Below are positions 20,937-31,218 of a DNA stretch of 64,000 bases, piece by piece; within the stretch, counting starts at the first letter, position 1, and each line of letters opens with the position of its first letter. Below the pieces are notes generated by a model. It did not search any database, was not told the DNA's origin, and was given only the letters and a program-made list of their open reading frames with translations. The stretch spans positions 1-64,000 of the forward strand of contig CAZBLF010000002.1 in assembly GCA_964492935.1 (NCBI GenBank). The letters run 5' to 3'. Source of the stretch: an uncultured Methanosarcinales archaeon. GTDB taxonomy: Archaea > Nanobdellota > Nanobdellia > Woesearchaeales > JACPBV01. A program made the position numbers and the translations under genes.

Positions 20937-23024
20937 TCAACCAATCAAAACATCCAGAATCTGCTCTCCATATTTAGCTATCTTTGCCGGACCAAGACCA
21001 ATCACATTCTCCAACGCCCTAACATCCAATGGCATTTTAACAGCAAGATCAAACAGCGTCTTATCATGCATCACCATATAAGGCGGCACTCCCAATTCCG
21101 AACTCAACGAAGTACGCCACTCCTTCAGCTTCGTCACCACATCACTAGAAGAAGAAAGACTTAATTTAGTACTTCTTTTAGGCGCAGCAGAATCAACCAT
21201 CAACATCATCTCTTCAGTCAGATAGTGAGTCGGCTTCTTCCCGGTATACGTCATATACAGTTTTGATTTAGCTCTAGAAAGTGCAACATAAAACAATCGC
21301 CTCTCCTCTTCCTCACGATCATACGTATCGACCTTCACCATCTCAACAACAGGATGCTCCGAAGCCTTACAGGGGAATTGTGACGTAGTACAACCCACCA
21401 CAATCACCATCTCCGCCTCCATTCCCTTTATAGCGTGAACCGTAGCCAAAGTTACACCACCACTATCAACGGCCGGCTTCTTCATCTCATCGCTCCGCAC
21501 AATATGGGGGATACGTCTTTGTTTTAACATCAAAGACAACTCATTCAACTGCCGATTAGTACGAGCAAGAACAAAAATCTCAGAAGGTGAACAAGTAGCA
21601 TGAGCTATTGAATCAACAACAAAACCAAACTCCTCATCCGCATTTGAAAACTCTTCAAGTTTAATATCAGACGAACCAGCTACACAAGATTCGAGTGAAG
21701 CAAGTCCAAGCTTAGAAATAGCTGCATTCATAAGATCAACAATCTTAGAAGAAGAACGATAGTTCTTAGTCAACACAATAGTCTCACTCCCAAAAAACTT
21801 TTCAGCAAAACCCAAGATATACTTGATGTTCGAACCGCGCCATCCAAAGATCGACTGACGTGGATCCCCCACACAAAACAAATTAGAACTCTTCAACACA
21901 TCAACCAACTCCATCTGCGTCTTATTCACATCCTGAAACTCATCTATCAAAATATGAGAGTAAGAAGGAATCAAGTTAGGATGAGAAGTAAACAACCGAA
22001 GCGTATCTATCAACTGATCAGCAAAATCACGCAACCCATTCTTCGTCATAAAAGATTCAATGAAATTCGAGATAGAGAACACCAAATCCGCACTCTTCTG
22101 ATGGTCAGCATCAACCGTTTCAAACGCACTCTTCTCAATCTTCTTATTCTTAAATTTGAAATAATCCCGTATAAAGAAACAGTCATGCATAAAAATACGA
22201 GAAAGCTGTTCAGGAGTCTTAGATCTACGCTGAGCTAACGAAAAATACTGATCAATAGCACGATCCAGCGAAATACCGATAGACGACAACGCCTTATTAA
22301 ACATCAAGATCTTGTCCCGATACGATACCACTCTAACCGACCGACCATACAACAAGTCACCATGCGTACGCAACATCTTCTCACAAAAAGAATTAAACGT
22401 CTCAATAGCAACCCCTGAGTTCGGTAACCGCTTCATCATCTCCTGTCGAGCCTTCCGTGTAAACGTTATCGCCAAAATCGACGAAGGAGCAACAGACTTA
22501 TACTTAACAAGAAACTCAATCCGTTTAGTCAACACCGTAGTCTTTCCCGATCCAGCACCAGCAATACACAACAGATGACTATTTACACCAATAATAGCTT
22601 TCTTCTGCTCATCATTATATTCTTCCAAAAACTCACCAAAAGCAGCAAACTTCTTCTTATCATCTTCCGTAATCGTAGTAGCTTCCTCAGAAAAAGCAAA
22701 CGAAAGCTGTTTAGTATGTAGTGTAGGATTAGAAATCTCCGAAACCCCCTTATCCGAGATCTCCATCACCTTCCAAAACCGATTCCCGTCAATAGACTTC
22801 ATCTGAATCAGCCCATTCAACACCAACCGTTCAATAACCTCACTCAATTCGTTATCAGAATACGCCATCGACCCATAACTAGCAAGCTTCTGCAGCTGAT
22901 TCTTAGTAATAGATTCATGTTTCTCCTTCCCCTGCAAGAATTCAGTAAGTAATTTCTTCCCAACCCCAAACGGAATCTCTTGAAGAGCTTTCAACACCAG
23001 CAAATGATTCAAATCCCCAGACAT
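20937..23024 (-). CDS. UvrD/Rep SF1 helicase with N-terminal RQC-like and C-terminal HRDC domains
   Basis: AGAGSGKT, IDEFQD, VGDPRQSIFGWRG, NYRS, TVHAIKGME, EERRLFYVALSRA; HRDC VPPYMVMHDKTL. Confidence 0.88.
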   Translation of the reverse strand: MSGDLNHLLVLKALQEIPFGVGKKLLTEFLQGKEKHESITKNQLQKLASYGSMAYSDNELSEVIERLVLNGLIQMKSIDGNRFWKVMEISDKGVSEISNPTLHTKQLSFAFSEEATTITEDDKKKFAAFGEFLEEYNDEQKKAIIGVNSHLLCIAGAGSGKTTVLTKRIEFLVKYKSVAPSSILAITFTRKARQEMMKRLPNSGVAIETFNSFCEKMLRTHGDLLYGRSVRVVSYRDKILMFNKALSSIGISLDRAIDQYFSLAQRRSKTPEQLSRIFMHDCFFIRDYFKFKNKKIEKSAFETVDADHQKSADLVFSISNFIESFMTKNGLRDFADQLIDTLRLFTSHPNLIPSYSHILIDEFQDVNKTQMELVDVLKSSNLFCVGDPRQSIFGWRGSNIKYILGFAEKFFGSETIVLTKNYRSSSKIVDLMNAAISKLGLASLESCVAGSSDIKLEEFSNADEEFGFVVDSIAHATCSPSEIFVLARTNRQLNELSLMLKQRRIPHIVRSDEMKKPAVDSGGVTLATVHAIKGMEAEMVIVVGCTTSQFPCKASEHPVVEMVKVDTYDREEEERRLFYVALSRAKSKLYMTYTGKKPTHYLTEEMMLMVDSAAPKRSTKLSLSSSSDVVTKLKEWRTSLSSELGVPPYMVMHDKTLFDLAVKMPLDVRALENVIGLGPAKIAKYGEQILDVLIG

Positions 23025-23217
23025 AGAAAGTTCGACAAAGAACTAATTTAAGTAATTAACTCAAAAGAAGCCGTCTTTAGAAGATGAGCAGCCCGTAATT
23101 GAAATGGGTGACCACAAAAAGATAAATGGCATAGTTTGTGGTCACCTAACCAATAACTAAAGCAACCACAATTCTTCCAACCAACACCTATAAATATCTC
23201 CTCAAGCTATTTTTTCC

Positions 23218-23640
23218 ATGGAATTCAACCCCGACGGCAGCATCAAGCTCCCAGAATACGCAGTAAAGAGAAAACAAAACAACGAATTCCGATTAAAACA
23301 AGCACTCTGCCTCCAAGTAAAGAAAGAAGTAGTAGATTTCCACGCTCCAAAGAAATGCACCCTCCACATTAAACTCTCAGAAAAGATCCATGACGATGCA
23401 TTCGTCACCAACATCCACAAACGCTTCGACGCCTACGCCGAAGTCCCCACCAAAATAAGAAAGATAGAAGATAAAGAATTCCAGGTAGACATCGGGACTT
23501 GCTTTAGAAGATGCACCGACTGCACCAAGTTCGTAAACATGCTCAAAGACCACATGGTAGGAAACGTCATAGAAAACAAAGGCAATTGCACCTTTGAACA
23601 AAGAAAATCCAACTTCGAATTCGAAGATTATTTTGAGTAG
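23218..23640 (+). CDS. Hypothetical protein
   Basis: 140-aa ORF, host-like codon use, upstream TATA. Confidence 0.7.
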   Translation: MEFNPDGSIKLPEYAVKRKQNNEFRLKQALCLQVKKEVVDFHAPKKCTLHIKLSEKIHDDAFVTNIHKRFDAYAEVPTKIRKIEDKEFQVDIGTCFRRCTDCTKFVNMLKDHMVGNVIENKGNCTFEQRKSNFEFEDYFE

Positions 23641-23650
23641 CTACCTGGAA

Positions 23651-23992
23651 TCAAGAAAACCCTTCAGATCCAAGAGATCTCAACACCTGCTTTATCTGAG
23701 CTATTACCTCCTTTTGATCATCTTTCGCCGACATTCGTACAAACTTAATAAGGAGATCCGAAAGCTCATCATCTCTCAGAAATTTGACCTTGTAACCATC
23801 GGTGATGAAGTAGAATCGGTAGACGTTATATTTGAGTTCTTTGATGACGACGCCCCCCACGACCCCAACCACCTTACCTTTTTTAGGAAATGACTCTAGA
23901 TCCAGCATGAGCTTAAAAATACGTATCGAATCATGCCTGAAGCGCTTGTGAATAGCTTTCTCCAGAGAAGAAGTAATAATTACCTTTGCCAT
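23651..23992 (-). CDS. RelE/ParE-like toxin candidate
   Basis: Basic 113 aa; KELKYNVYRFYF; overlaps the upstream antitoxin-sized gene. Confidence 0.6.
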   Translation of the reverse strand: MAKVIITSSLEKAIHKRFRHDSIRIFKLMLDLESFPKKGKVVGVVGGVVIKELKYNVYRFYFITDGYKVKFLRDDELSDLLIKFVRMSAKDDQKEVIAQIKQVLRSLGSEGFS

Positions 23993-24183
23993 TTCTTTTG
24001 AGCTTTAGAAAGAGCCTCCCTAACCGAGAGGGTATCCTGCTCATCCATCAACAGTTCCTGAAGCTGCCGCTCCTTAGCGCTTTCATAGAGCTTCTTGATA
24101 ATGTCGGCATACGTCTCTCCCTTATAGCCGAATTCCTGAAGCTTGTCCCTCATGGTAACGGGTATGGATATCGTTGTGTTCAT
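23980..24183 (-). CDS. Putative antitoxin (ribbon-helix-helix-like)
   Basis: MNTTISIP...KGETYADIIKKL; AGGAGG SD. Confidence 0.65.
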   Translation of the reverse strand: MNTTISIPVTMRDKLQEFGYKGETYADIIKKLYESAKERQLQELLMDEQDTLSVREALSKAQKKWQR

Positions 24184-24197
24184 GGTTTTCCTCCTTA

Positions 24198-24223
24198 ATT
24201 ATAACCATTATAATGGCTATAAT
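24198..24223. promoter_or_regulatory. Palindromic operator of the TA operon
   Basis: ATTATAACCATTATAATGGCTATAAT, 26-bp palindrome with one mismatch, between TATA and SD. Confidence 0.65.
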
Positions 24224-24267
24224 GTATATAAATGTTGCGGTTTTAAGGAACATCAATCAACAACTTC

Positions 24268-25467
24268 CTAACGCATCTTCAGAACATGCTTCATCTCTTC
24301 TAAGAACCGATCAACTTCCTCTAAAGTATTATACACATACATCGAAGCTCTAACAGAACCATTCTTCAAACCGCGCGAAGTAAACCAAGAGTGCACACAA
24401 TGCACGCCCGAACGAACCATAATATTAGCAGATTTATCCAACATAATAGCAACATCATTTGGTGCCATGCCATCAACCATAAACGAACAAATACCAGAAC
24501 GCTGAGCAGCAGAAGGACCAATAATCGACAAACCCAAATCAGCAATTCCAGCACTCAGCTTTTCATTCAAAAGAGTCTCATGCTTTTCAACATTTGAAAG
24601 TCCAATTTTTGATAAATACGTTGTAGCAGCACCTAAACCAATAATACCTGCATAATGTTGAAGACCAGCCTCAAACCGAGCAGGAATCTCTTCCAGCTTA
24701 TAGTCATCATACGTCGACCATTGCACCGTTTCCCCACCAACCATAAACGTATCTAATCTCTCCAAAGCTTCCATTTTACCATACAACACTCCCGTTCCCG
24801 TTGGACCAAGAGCTTTATGACCAGAATACGTAAGAAAATCAACATCTAACTTACGCACATCTACCGGATGCCCAGGTACAAGCTGAGCACCATCCACGTG
24901 AAGAGCAGCACCATGCTTATGTACAACAGAGGAAATCTCACGTATAGGATTCGTAACCCCATCCAAGTTCGAAGTACCCACAACAGACACTAATTTAACA
25001 GAATCATCCATTATTTTCTCAAATGCAGCCAAATCAAACGTATTATCCTTAGCACTTTTAACCTGCTTCACAATAACTCCCGATTGAGCCAACTTCAACC
25101 AAGGAATTAAATTAGAATTGTGCTCCTTATCAGATAACACCACCGTATCACCCTTCTTCAACCCAAAACTGTTTGCAACTAAATTAATCCCCTCAGTAGT
25201 ATTCTTAGTAAACACAATCTCATTCGAATCAGCACCACCAATTAATTTGCGAATAGCTTCCCGAGATTCAAGAACACCAACCTCAACCTTCTCAGAGAAC
25301 TGATGCGAACTCCGACCAGCACATCCCGGGTAAGAACTATAATACTCATTCAACTTATCAATTACCTGTACCGGTTTGAGTGCCATGCATGCTGAGTCCA
25401 TGTAAATCAAAGACTCTTTAACTGACAGTGCTGGAAAATCTTTCCTAAGTTTACTTACGTTTAGCAT
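24268..25467 (-). CDS. sufS: Cysteine desulfurase (SufS-type, class V PLP enzyme)
   Basis: EHNSN, VDGAQ, SGHKALGPTGTG, RSGVHC, VRASMYVYN. Confidence 0.9.
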   Translation of the reverse strand: MLNVSKLRKDFPALSVKESLIYMDSACMALKPVQVIDKLNEYYSSYPGCAGRSSHQFSEKVEVGVLESREAIRKLIGGADSNEIVFTKNTTEGINLVANSFGLKKGDTVVLSDKEHNSNLIPWLKLAQSGVIVKQVKSAKDNTFDLAAFEKIMDDSVKLVSVVGTSNLDGVTNPIREISSVVHKHGAALHVDGAQLVPGHPVDVRKLDVDFLTYSGHKALGPTGTGVLYGKMEALERLDTFMVGGETVQWSTYDDYKLEEIPARFEAGLQHYAGIIGLGAATTYLSKIGLSNVEKHETLLNEKLSAGIADLGLSIIGPSAAQRSGICSFMVDGMAPNDVAIMLDKSANIMVRSGVHCVHSWFTSRGLKNGSVRASMYVYNTLEEVDRFLEEMKHVLKMR

Positions 25468-26399
25468 TTTTCACCCTTCTTAAGAAGACACAACTTAGCT
25501 AATAAATCTTTCTGATTATTATCTCTAAGTATCTGTTCAATCTCTTCAGGTCCGATGTATTTGATTTTAGGGTGAATTCTTCCAGGCGAGCCATAGAGAT
25601 ACCAAATTTCTAATATATCGGCGTGCGGAAGATAGTTTTCAATATCTTTGTTGATGTACTCTTGAGCCAAGTTAAGCTTGACTTCAAACAAAGTAGTATC
25701 TGCTCGAGCATCAGGTATTTTCCTATTTGGTAATCTGGGATGGAATTCAACTTTCTCTCTTGTGGACTCCAGAACACACAAGACAAAAGACTCCCAATAT
25801 TTCCAAAAATCATCCTCAACGAATGAGCTATTTACCTGTAGGTCAGAAGCCATAACAGCTTTGTTTAACGACCCAAAATGCCTCACTGCTGCTCCAAAGA
25901 GACCACTATTGAATTTTCTAACTTCTCTTTCTGTAGGTGTCTTCCTGAGTTTTTGTGACAAACTCAACATTTCTTTTCGTATCTTATCTTTATCCCATTT
26001 AATGTTGTTTGGTTGAAGACCATGGAGTCGAACAAGCTTATTGTACTGGTTTCCATAGTGGCGCCTCAAAGCATTCAAGAAATCTTCTCTGCCAAGCTTT
26101 TTGAGTTCACGATGAGTGGGAACGTATCCCAACTCCTTGACAATAGAAGCAAATTCAGTAATCACTAGGCTTCTTGACCAATATCTCTTATTGGGGCGCA
26201 GTCCAGCAGTTTGGAGGGCATCTATGTAGCTCCCAAAATACCTTATACTTGCCTTGAAGAGACCATAGTTGCCCACCGACCTGAAATCTTTTTCCTTAGG
26301 AGATCTGGATAAGGTGGAAGCAAACTCCTTGAGTTGAGAAAGGACTTTGTCCCCATCCCACTTCCTAACTCCTTTGATTTCTGAGGTTTTCTCATTCAT
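25461..26399 (-). CDS. Putative free-standing endonuclease: homing-endonuclease-associated repeats plus PD-(D/E)xK domain
   Basis: Three W-x-x-x-x-[VI]...P[TK]...[YH][FY]G repeats; C-terminal IPDARADTTLFEVK; stop overlaps the sufS start. Confidence 0.6.
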   Translation of the reverse strand: MNEKTSEIKGVRKWDGDKVLSQLKEFASTLSRSPKEKDFRSVGNYGLFKASIRYFGSYIDALQTAGLRPNKRYWSRSLVITEFASIVKELGYVPTHRELKKLGREDFLNALRRHYGNQYNKLVRLHGLQPNNIKWDKDKIRKEMLSLSQKLRKTPTEREVRKFNSGLFGAAVRHFGSLNKAVMASDLQVNSSFVEDDFWKYWESFVLCVLESTREKVEFHPRLPNRKIPDARADTTLFEVKLNLAQEYINKDIENYLPHADILEIWYLYGSPGRIHPKIKYIGPEEIEQILRDNNQKDLLAKLCLLKKGEKC

Positions 26400-26518
26400 T
26401 TTAAGTTATAACACAACAGCGAAAGTGATTATATAATTTTGGATTTTCAATCAAAAATGAGTATAATGTACTCGAGTAATCCAATCAAATGAATGCGAAT
26501 CAATAACACAAGATCAAA

Positions 26519-27454
26519 TTAGTGGAGTTCAATCCCATTGCGCTTCAACTCTTTGTTAATCAAACGCTTGAATGTTTTAAAGGGTTTCGGTCCGACTACT
26601 CGCTTCTCACCTATAAAAAACGTAGGAGTCCCAATCACACCAGCATGAACTCCAGCCAAACTATCTGCCTGCACCTCAGCAACTACAGAAGAATCATCCA
26701 AACAACCAATAAACGTATCAATATCAAGTCCTAATGAAGAAGCAAACGAAACAAAAGAGCCGTTACTCCAATTCAGCTGATGTTCAAACAGAATATCATG
26801 ATATCCCAAATACCGACCTTGCCGACCAGCACAGTTAGCTGCAATTGCAGCCTCCAAAGCAAAATCATGGTGAGGAATAATAAACGTCTTGAATTGAATA
26901 TTCACAAGCCCATTATAATAATCAAGAATCTCTGAAACAACAGGCTCAGCCTTCTTCGTATACGGACAAGAATAACATCCAAACTCAATAATAGTTAATG
27001 GTGCAGCAGGATCTCCCAACACAGGATCATCTCTTTCCAGCGAAGGCATAATTAACTCATCAGGAACATCAAGATCCAGCTTACTCGTCCTACTATTGGC
27101 TCCTGAAGGATCTAACATACAAAAACCATCCGAATCAGGGCCATTACAATTTCCATAAAAGGAATAGTTGTAAATCCCGATCCCACTCACAACTAAACTC
27201 CAGATCAACAAGCCCGTAAATAACAAAGCAACAATATTGTAATGGGTGTAAAACAATTTAGCAAGAGAAGGACTATACCGTAACAAAGAACCACTCACCT
27301 TAGATTTAATACGATCATCTAAACCAGATTTACAAGGCCTAAACGTAGCCTTCTTACATAAGCAATCAAGTGATTCCAAGAACAATTTGCGATACTTAAC
27401 GCTAAACACACCAAGAACAGCAAACAAGGGAAGAGCAATCAAACAAAGTACCAT
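26519..27454 (-). CDS. Membrane-anchored DsbA-family thioredoxin-fold protein
   Basis: LGDPAAPLTIIEFGCYSCPYT, GTPTFFI. Confidence 0.85.
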   Translation of the reverse strand: MVLCLIALPLFAVLGVFSVKYRKLFLESLDCLCKKATFRPCKSGLDDRIKSKVSGSLLRYSPSLAKLFYTHYNIVALLFTGLLIWSLVVSGIGIYNYSFYGNCNGPDSDGFCMLDPSGANSRTSKLDLDVPDELIMPSLERDDPVLGDPAAPLTIIEFGCYSCPYTKKAEPVVSEILDYYNGLVNIQFKTFIIPHHDFALEAAIAANCAGRQGRYLGYHDILFEHQLNWSNGSFVSFASSLGLDIDTFIGCLDDSSVVAEVQADSLAGVHAGVIGTPTFFIGEKRVVGPKPFKTFKRLINKELKRNGIELH

Positions 27455-27462
27455 TTCCAGAA

Positions 27463-27948
27463 CTACTTAACATGTTTTTTTAAATCTAATGCTTTTATTT
27501 TAGCAATAACAGCATCCGGCACCATTTCTTCCCATTGACCGCCAGAAACCATCCGAGCTCGTATAGTAGTGCTAGAAATCTCATCAATTAAAGGCACAAT
27601 CGTAAGTTTGGTCCCCTTTGCCTTAAAGAGTGATGCAACATACTCATTACCCGTATACACCCGTTCATACGAACCAACATGTTCAGTAACATAGTCCACC
27701 CACAGGTTATCATCATTAATATCTTCTAAAACAACAATCTGATACGCAGTAATACTCTCAGCAGCTAAAGCCGCATCAATCAACTCGCATCGTTCCTCAA
27801 TCGTAAACGGATTATCCGCAGTCCGAGATTCTTGTGCCGACCCCACAACAATAATCAATTCCTCACATTCCTTCAAAGCAAGCTGAACATCAGCCAAGTG
27901 CCCGCGATGAAAAGGCTGAAACCGCCCAACAAACAATCCTGTAGTCAT
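27463..27948 (-). CDS. Nicotinamide-nucleotide adenylyltransferase
   Basis: GRFQPFHRGH, GSAQ...NPFTIEER, ISSTTIR. Confidence 0.92.
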   Translation of the reverse strand: MTTGLFVGRFQPFHRGHLADVQLALKECEELIIVVGSAQESRTADNPFTIEERCELIDAALAAESITAYQIVVLEDINDDNLWVDYVTEHVGSYERVYTGNEYVASLFKAKGTKLTIVPLIDEISSTTIRARMVSGGQWEEMVPDAVIAKIKALDLKKHVK

Positions 27949-27980
27949 AAGTAAAAGAAACAAAACTCGCTATTTAAACG

Positions 27981-28880
27981 TTACCCCTCATACACCAAAG
28001 CTTCATCTTTCCCGTTCCTGACCAATTCCCCGAGATAAACCTCTCTCAACGCACCCACAAATGCTCTTGCACTGGGGAATCGCTTATCTCTATCCTGTTC
28101 AACAGCAGTAAGCACCACCTCATCAAGACCCTTCGTGACAGCATCATTGAATCGAGAAGGAGGAGTATGGGGAGATTCAGAATACTTCCTGATGGTTTCG
28201 CCGATGGAAAGGCGATCACTAAACATAGTGGAATTAGTAAGCATAAAAAAGAGAGTCATCCCCGCCCCATAAATATCAGTTCGATGGTCTACCGAGGCAG
28301 CATCCGCTATCTGCTCAGGAGAAACATAATGAGAGGTACCCGCCATCATATTACTATCCTCCTTAATAACCCCCGCAGAGGGTTTAACCAGACCAAAATC
28401 AACCAACCTAATGATGTTGTCTTTATCAACCATTACATTTTTAGGATTGACGTCCCGATGGATTACAGGCTCTCTTTGACTATGCACATAGTCAAGTGCC
28501 CTTCCCAAGTGAATAGCATACAAAACAGCCTCCCGCACAAGCAGAGGAGAATAGTTAACGCGTTGCTTCAGATTATAATCTCCCGCAAACTCCATTACTA
28601 AGGAGGGAAGGGGAGCATCATCGTCTTGCAAAGTACTAGTGCCTATCCCATACGGAGCAACAACTGAGGGGTGATGAAGCCGATTCAAACAGGCAAACTC
28701 TAGGCGAAACCGTTCAAATCGATCAAGAAAATCAATTTCTCTTATCACTTTGACCGCAAGAGGCACACCTCGCTCAGGGTGCTCAGCGTAATAGATCTCC
28801 GACTGACCGCCCTTACCGAGAAGACGCCCAAGCTGAAGTTCACGTATCCACGGCTCAGTAGCCTCAACAACAAATTCCAT
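27981..28880 (-). CDS. Hanks-type Ser/Thr protein kinase
   Basis: LGKGGQS, AVK, HRDVNPKN, DFG, YVSPEQ, DIYGAG. Confidence 0.92.
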   Translation of the reverse strand: MEFVVEATEPWIRELQLGRLLGKGGQSEIYYAEHPERGVPLAVKVIREIDFLDRFERFRLEFACLNRLHHPSVVAPYGIGTSTLQDDDAPLPSLVMEFAGDYNLKQRVNYSPLLVREAVLYAIHLGRALDYVHSQREPVIHRDVNPKNVMVDKDNIIRLVDFGLVKPSAGVIKEDSNMMAGTSHYVSPEQIADAASVDHRTDIYGAGMTLFFMLTNSTMFSDRLSIGETIRKYSESPHTPPSRFNDAVTKGLDEVVLTAVEQDRDKRFPSARAFVGALREVYLGELVRNGKDEALVYEG

Positions 28881-28910
28881 ACCAGAGAAAAACGCATCTA
28901 CACTTAAAAA

Positions 28911-29300
28911 TCAAGCCTTTTTCAACTTACTACTCTTAAACTCTTCAGGTTTAAATGCCGAAATCCTAACAATCTCCACATCACCAACTTTCTCAAGAAT
29001 CTCAGCATCCGTGGGTCGCTGATCATAGCCCAATGCAAGAATATCCGGCTTTCGCGAATGAACAATAGCATACACATCATCTGCATTACCTAAAACAACC
29101 TCATCCGCAATCCCTAAAGCTTCAACATGAGAAACACGATCGCTATCCGAATACCGAGGCTCAAAACCTTTAAAACGACTAATATTTTCAGAACGTGCAA
29201 CAACCACAACCAAATGACCTAACTTCTTAGCCTCAGAAAGATAGTGAGAATGTCCTGCATGAACAACATCAAACGAACCAAAAGCCATAACCGTTTTCAT
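28911..29300 (-). CDS. ribL: Archaeal FAD synthase (cytidylyltransferase family)
   Basis: GSFDVVHAGH, PDILALGYDQ, KSS. Confidence 0.8.
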   Translation of the reverse strand: MKTVMAFGSFDVVHAGHSHYLSEAKKLGHLVVVVARSENISRFKGFEPRYSDSDRVSHVEALGIADEVVLGNADDVYAIVHSRKPDILALGYDQRPTDAEILEKVGDVEIVRISAFKPEEFKSSKLKKA

Positions 29301-29307
29301 AAGGAAC

Positions 29308-29970
29308 CTATTTTTTCTTACAAATAAAGAACGCGTGATCCTTCTCCAACGGATCCAAAACTCTATAATCCACAATCGTCAAATACCGTTCAAGTTCTGC
29401 TTTAACAACAGCAAACACCGACTTCGGCTTCATCGTAACATCAATCGAACGCGCTTTAACAGCTAATAAAGCATATCCACTAGGCTTCAGATACATATCA
29501 ATATTCTTCAAAAACACAGAAACCTGATTTCGCTGTGCAACATCCTGATACACAATATCTACAGAAGAAACTCTATCCTGATAAGTAGCAGGCTGATTAG
29601 CATCCGCTAAAATCGGAGCAATATTCCCTCGATCCTCAGCAACAAACACCATCTCCCTCATAACACGAGGAGCAAAATCAAGAGCAAACACTAAACCGGT
29701 TTTTCCAACAAGATCCGAAACGTGACTAACAGTCGTTCCAGTTGAACAACCTAAATACAACACTCGCTGCCCAGCCCGCAAGAAAATATTAGGACAACCC
29801 TTTTCTATAGCTGCAGCCAACTTTGATCGACGAACATTCCATTCCCGATATTCAGTTCCTTTATCAGCAACCAGCTTCTCGCCATACACTTGTTTACCGC
29901 GAACAAGATTCTTCGTAAATAACCGCTTACGATAGTCAATAAACACATCAAACACTCCAGTCTGCTTCAT
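29308..29970 (-). CDS. flpA: Fibrillarin-like rRNA/tRNA 2'-O-methyltransferase
   Basis: VYGE, RSKLAAAI, VLYLGCSTGTTVSHVSD, KARSID. Confidence 0.96.
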   Translation of the reverse strand: MKQTGVFDVFIDYRKRLFTKNLVRGKQVYGEKLVADKGTEYREWNVRRSKLAAAIEKGCPNIFLRAGQRVLYLGCSTGTTVSHVSDLVGKTGLVFALDFAPRVMREMVFVAEDRGNIAPILADANQPATYQDRVSSVDIVYQDVAQRNQVSVFLKNIDMYLKPSGYALLAVKARSIDVTMKPKSVFAVVKAELERYLTIVDYRVLDPLEKDHAFFICKKK

Positions 29971-30914
29971 TTGAACTTCCTCTCAAGCTCTTTTAACAAA
30001 GTAGAACCAATAAACTCACCTTTGAAATAATCAACCTTTGCACATAACAAAATCTTATCAGCCAACGAACGAGCAATCTTACCGTGCATTTCCTGCTGAG
30101 CAGATGCCAGCAACGGATGCTGTGCAATATAACCGTGTCTAGGCGCCCTAGCTCCCGTCTTCATATGTCTAAACAAAGCCTTTTCAGCACCCAGCACCTG
30201 AACTGTAGATGCAGGAAACTCAACAAGCTGCTTCAACGAGCCCGCCTGATGAATTAACTTAGCGCCGAGAAAACTCCCAGCAAGTGCTGTAATATTAGGA
30301 CAATAAGTAGTCATCAAACCTTCGAGATACTGTTCCTGCTTCGATCTAAACGACCTCAAATGCTCAATCTGCTTAGCCAGCATCAATACGGCGTCAACAT
30401 CCTTCTTAGAGATATCGCCACCCATCGAATCCTTCTCATTAATCTTCAACCGACCAAGAAGAGCCTTTCTATCCTTCGCAATGATCTCAGAAACAAACGT
30501 CTCCTGCTCCTCAACCGCTCTTTCAGTTTCCGGATTATACATCCCATACCATTCACGAAGTCTTTTCAGCAACGTATTAGTAACCGTCGTTAATTCCATC
30601 AATGAAGAGACACTCTGTATAATCAAGTTATCCTCAGAAACAGATTCCTTAACATGTAATTTAGCTAACGCAATATTTCTTTCAACAAATGCACGATCAT
30701 AACTTCCATCTGCAAAAATACCCAAAATCCGAACCAAAGACTTACCCTCTGGCTCAATTGCATTAAATTGCTTCATCAGCGAGTTCTTTTTTTCAACAGA
30801 ACCAAGATACTGTTCATTATTAGCAAACAACTCCTTCTTAATTACCTTGAAGTGTTCATTAAAAATAAATATTCCTAACACATTTGAGAAACAGTAGCGT
30901 TTATGCATACTCAC
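29967..30914 (-). CDS. Nop5/Nop56 box C/D RNP protein
   Basis: LREWYG, PASTVQVLGAEKALFRH, GKIARSLA; adjacent to fibrillarin. Confidence 0.92.
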   Translation of the reverse strand: MSMHKRYCFSNVLGIFIFNEHFKVIKKELFANNEQYLGSVEKKNSLMKQFNAIEPEGKSLVRILGIFADGSYDRAFVERNIALAKLHVKESVSEDNLIIQSVSSLMELTTVTNTLLKRLREWYGMYNPETERAVEEQETFVSEIIAKDRKALLGRLKINEKDSMGGDISKKDVDAVLMLAKQIEHLRSFRSKQEQYLEGLMTTYCPNITALAGSFLGAKLIHQAGSLKQLVEFPASTVQVLGAEKALFRHMKTGARAPRHGYIAQHPLLASAQQEMHGKIARSLADKILLCAKVDYFKGEFIGSTLLKELERKFK

Positions 30915-31165
30915 GCTTCCTCGTGATGCTCAGACAACGATGTCTGGTCAGCATCAGGAGTATCGCTGCTTACCTGATCACGCACCTCAGCGTTTTCAGA
31001 ATCCCCCGCAGCTTCAGTACTATCACCTTCAACAAGAGGTGCAATTTTTCCTTTATTCAACATCTTTTCAGCCTTCGGAATGGCATCTTCAATACTACTA
31101 GCTAAACCTGACTTCAATAAACTTTCAGCCAATTTTTCAACCTCTGGATCAACGTTCATACGCAA
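30911..31165 (-). CDS. Hypothetical protein
   Basis: Short ORF overlapping the nop5 start. Confidence 0.55.
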   Translation of the reverse strand: MRMNVDPEVEKLAESLLKSGLASSIEDAIPKAEKMLNKGKIAPLVEGDSTEAAGDSENAEVRDQVSSDTPDADQTSLSEHHEEA

Positions 31166-31218
31166 GAAAAACTACTACGCTCTTTTATAGCTTTCTATTT
31201 TAGAAGAAAAAAAACGCC

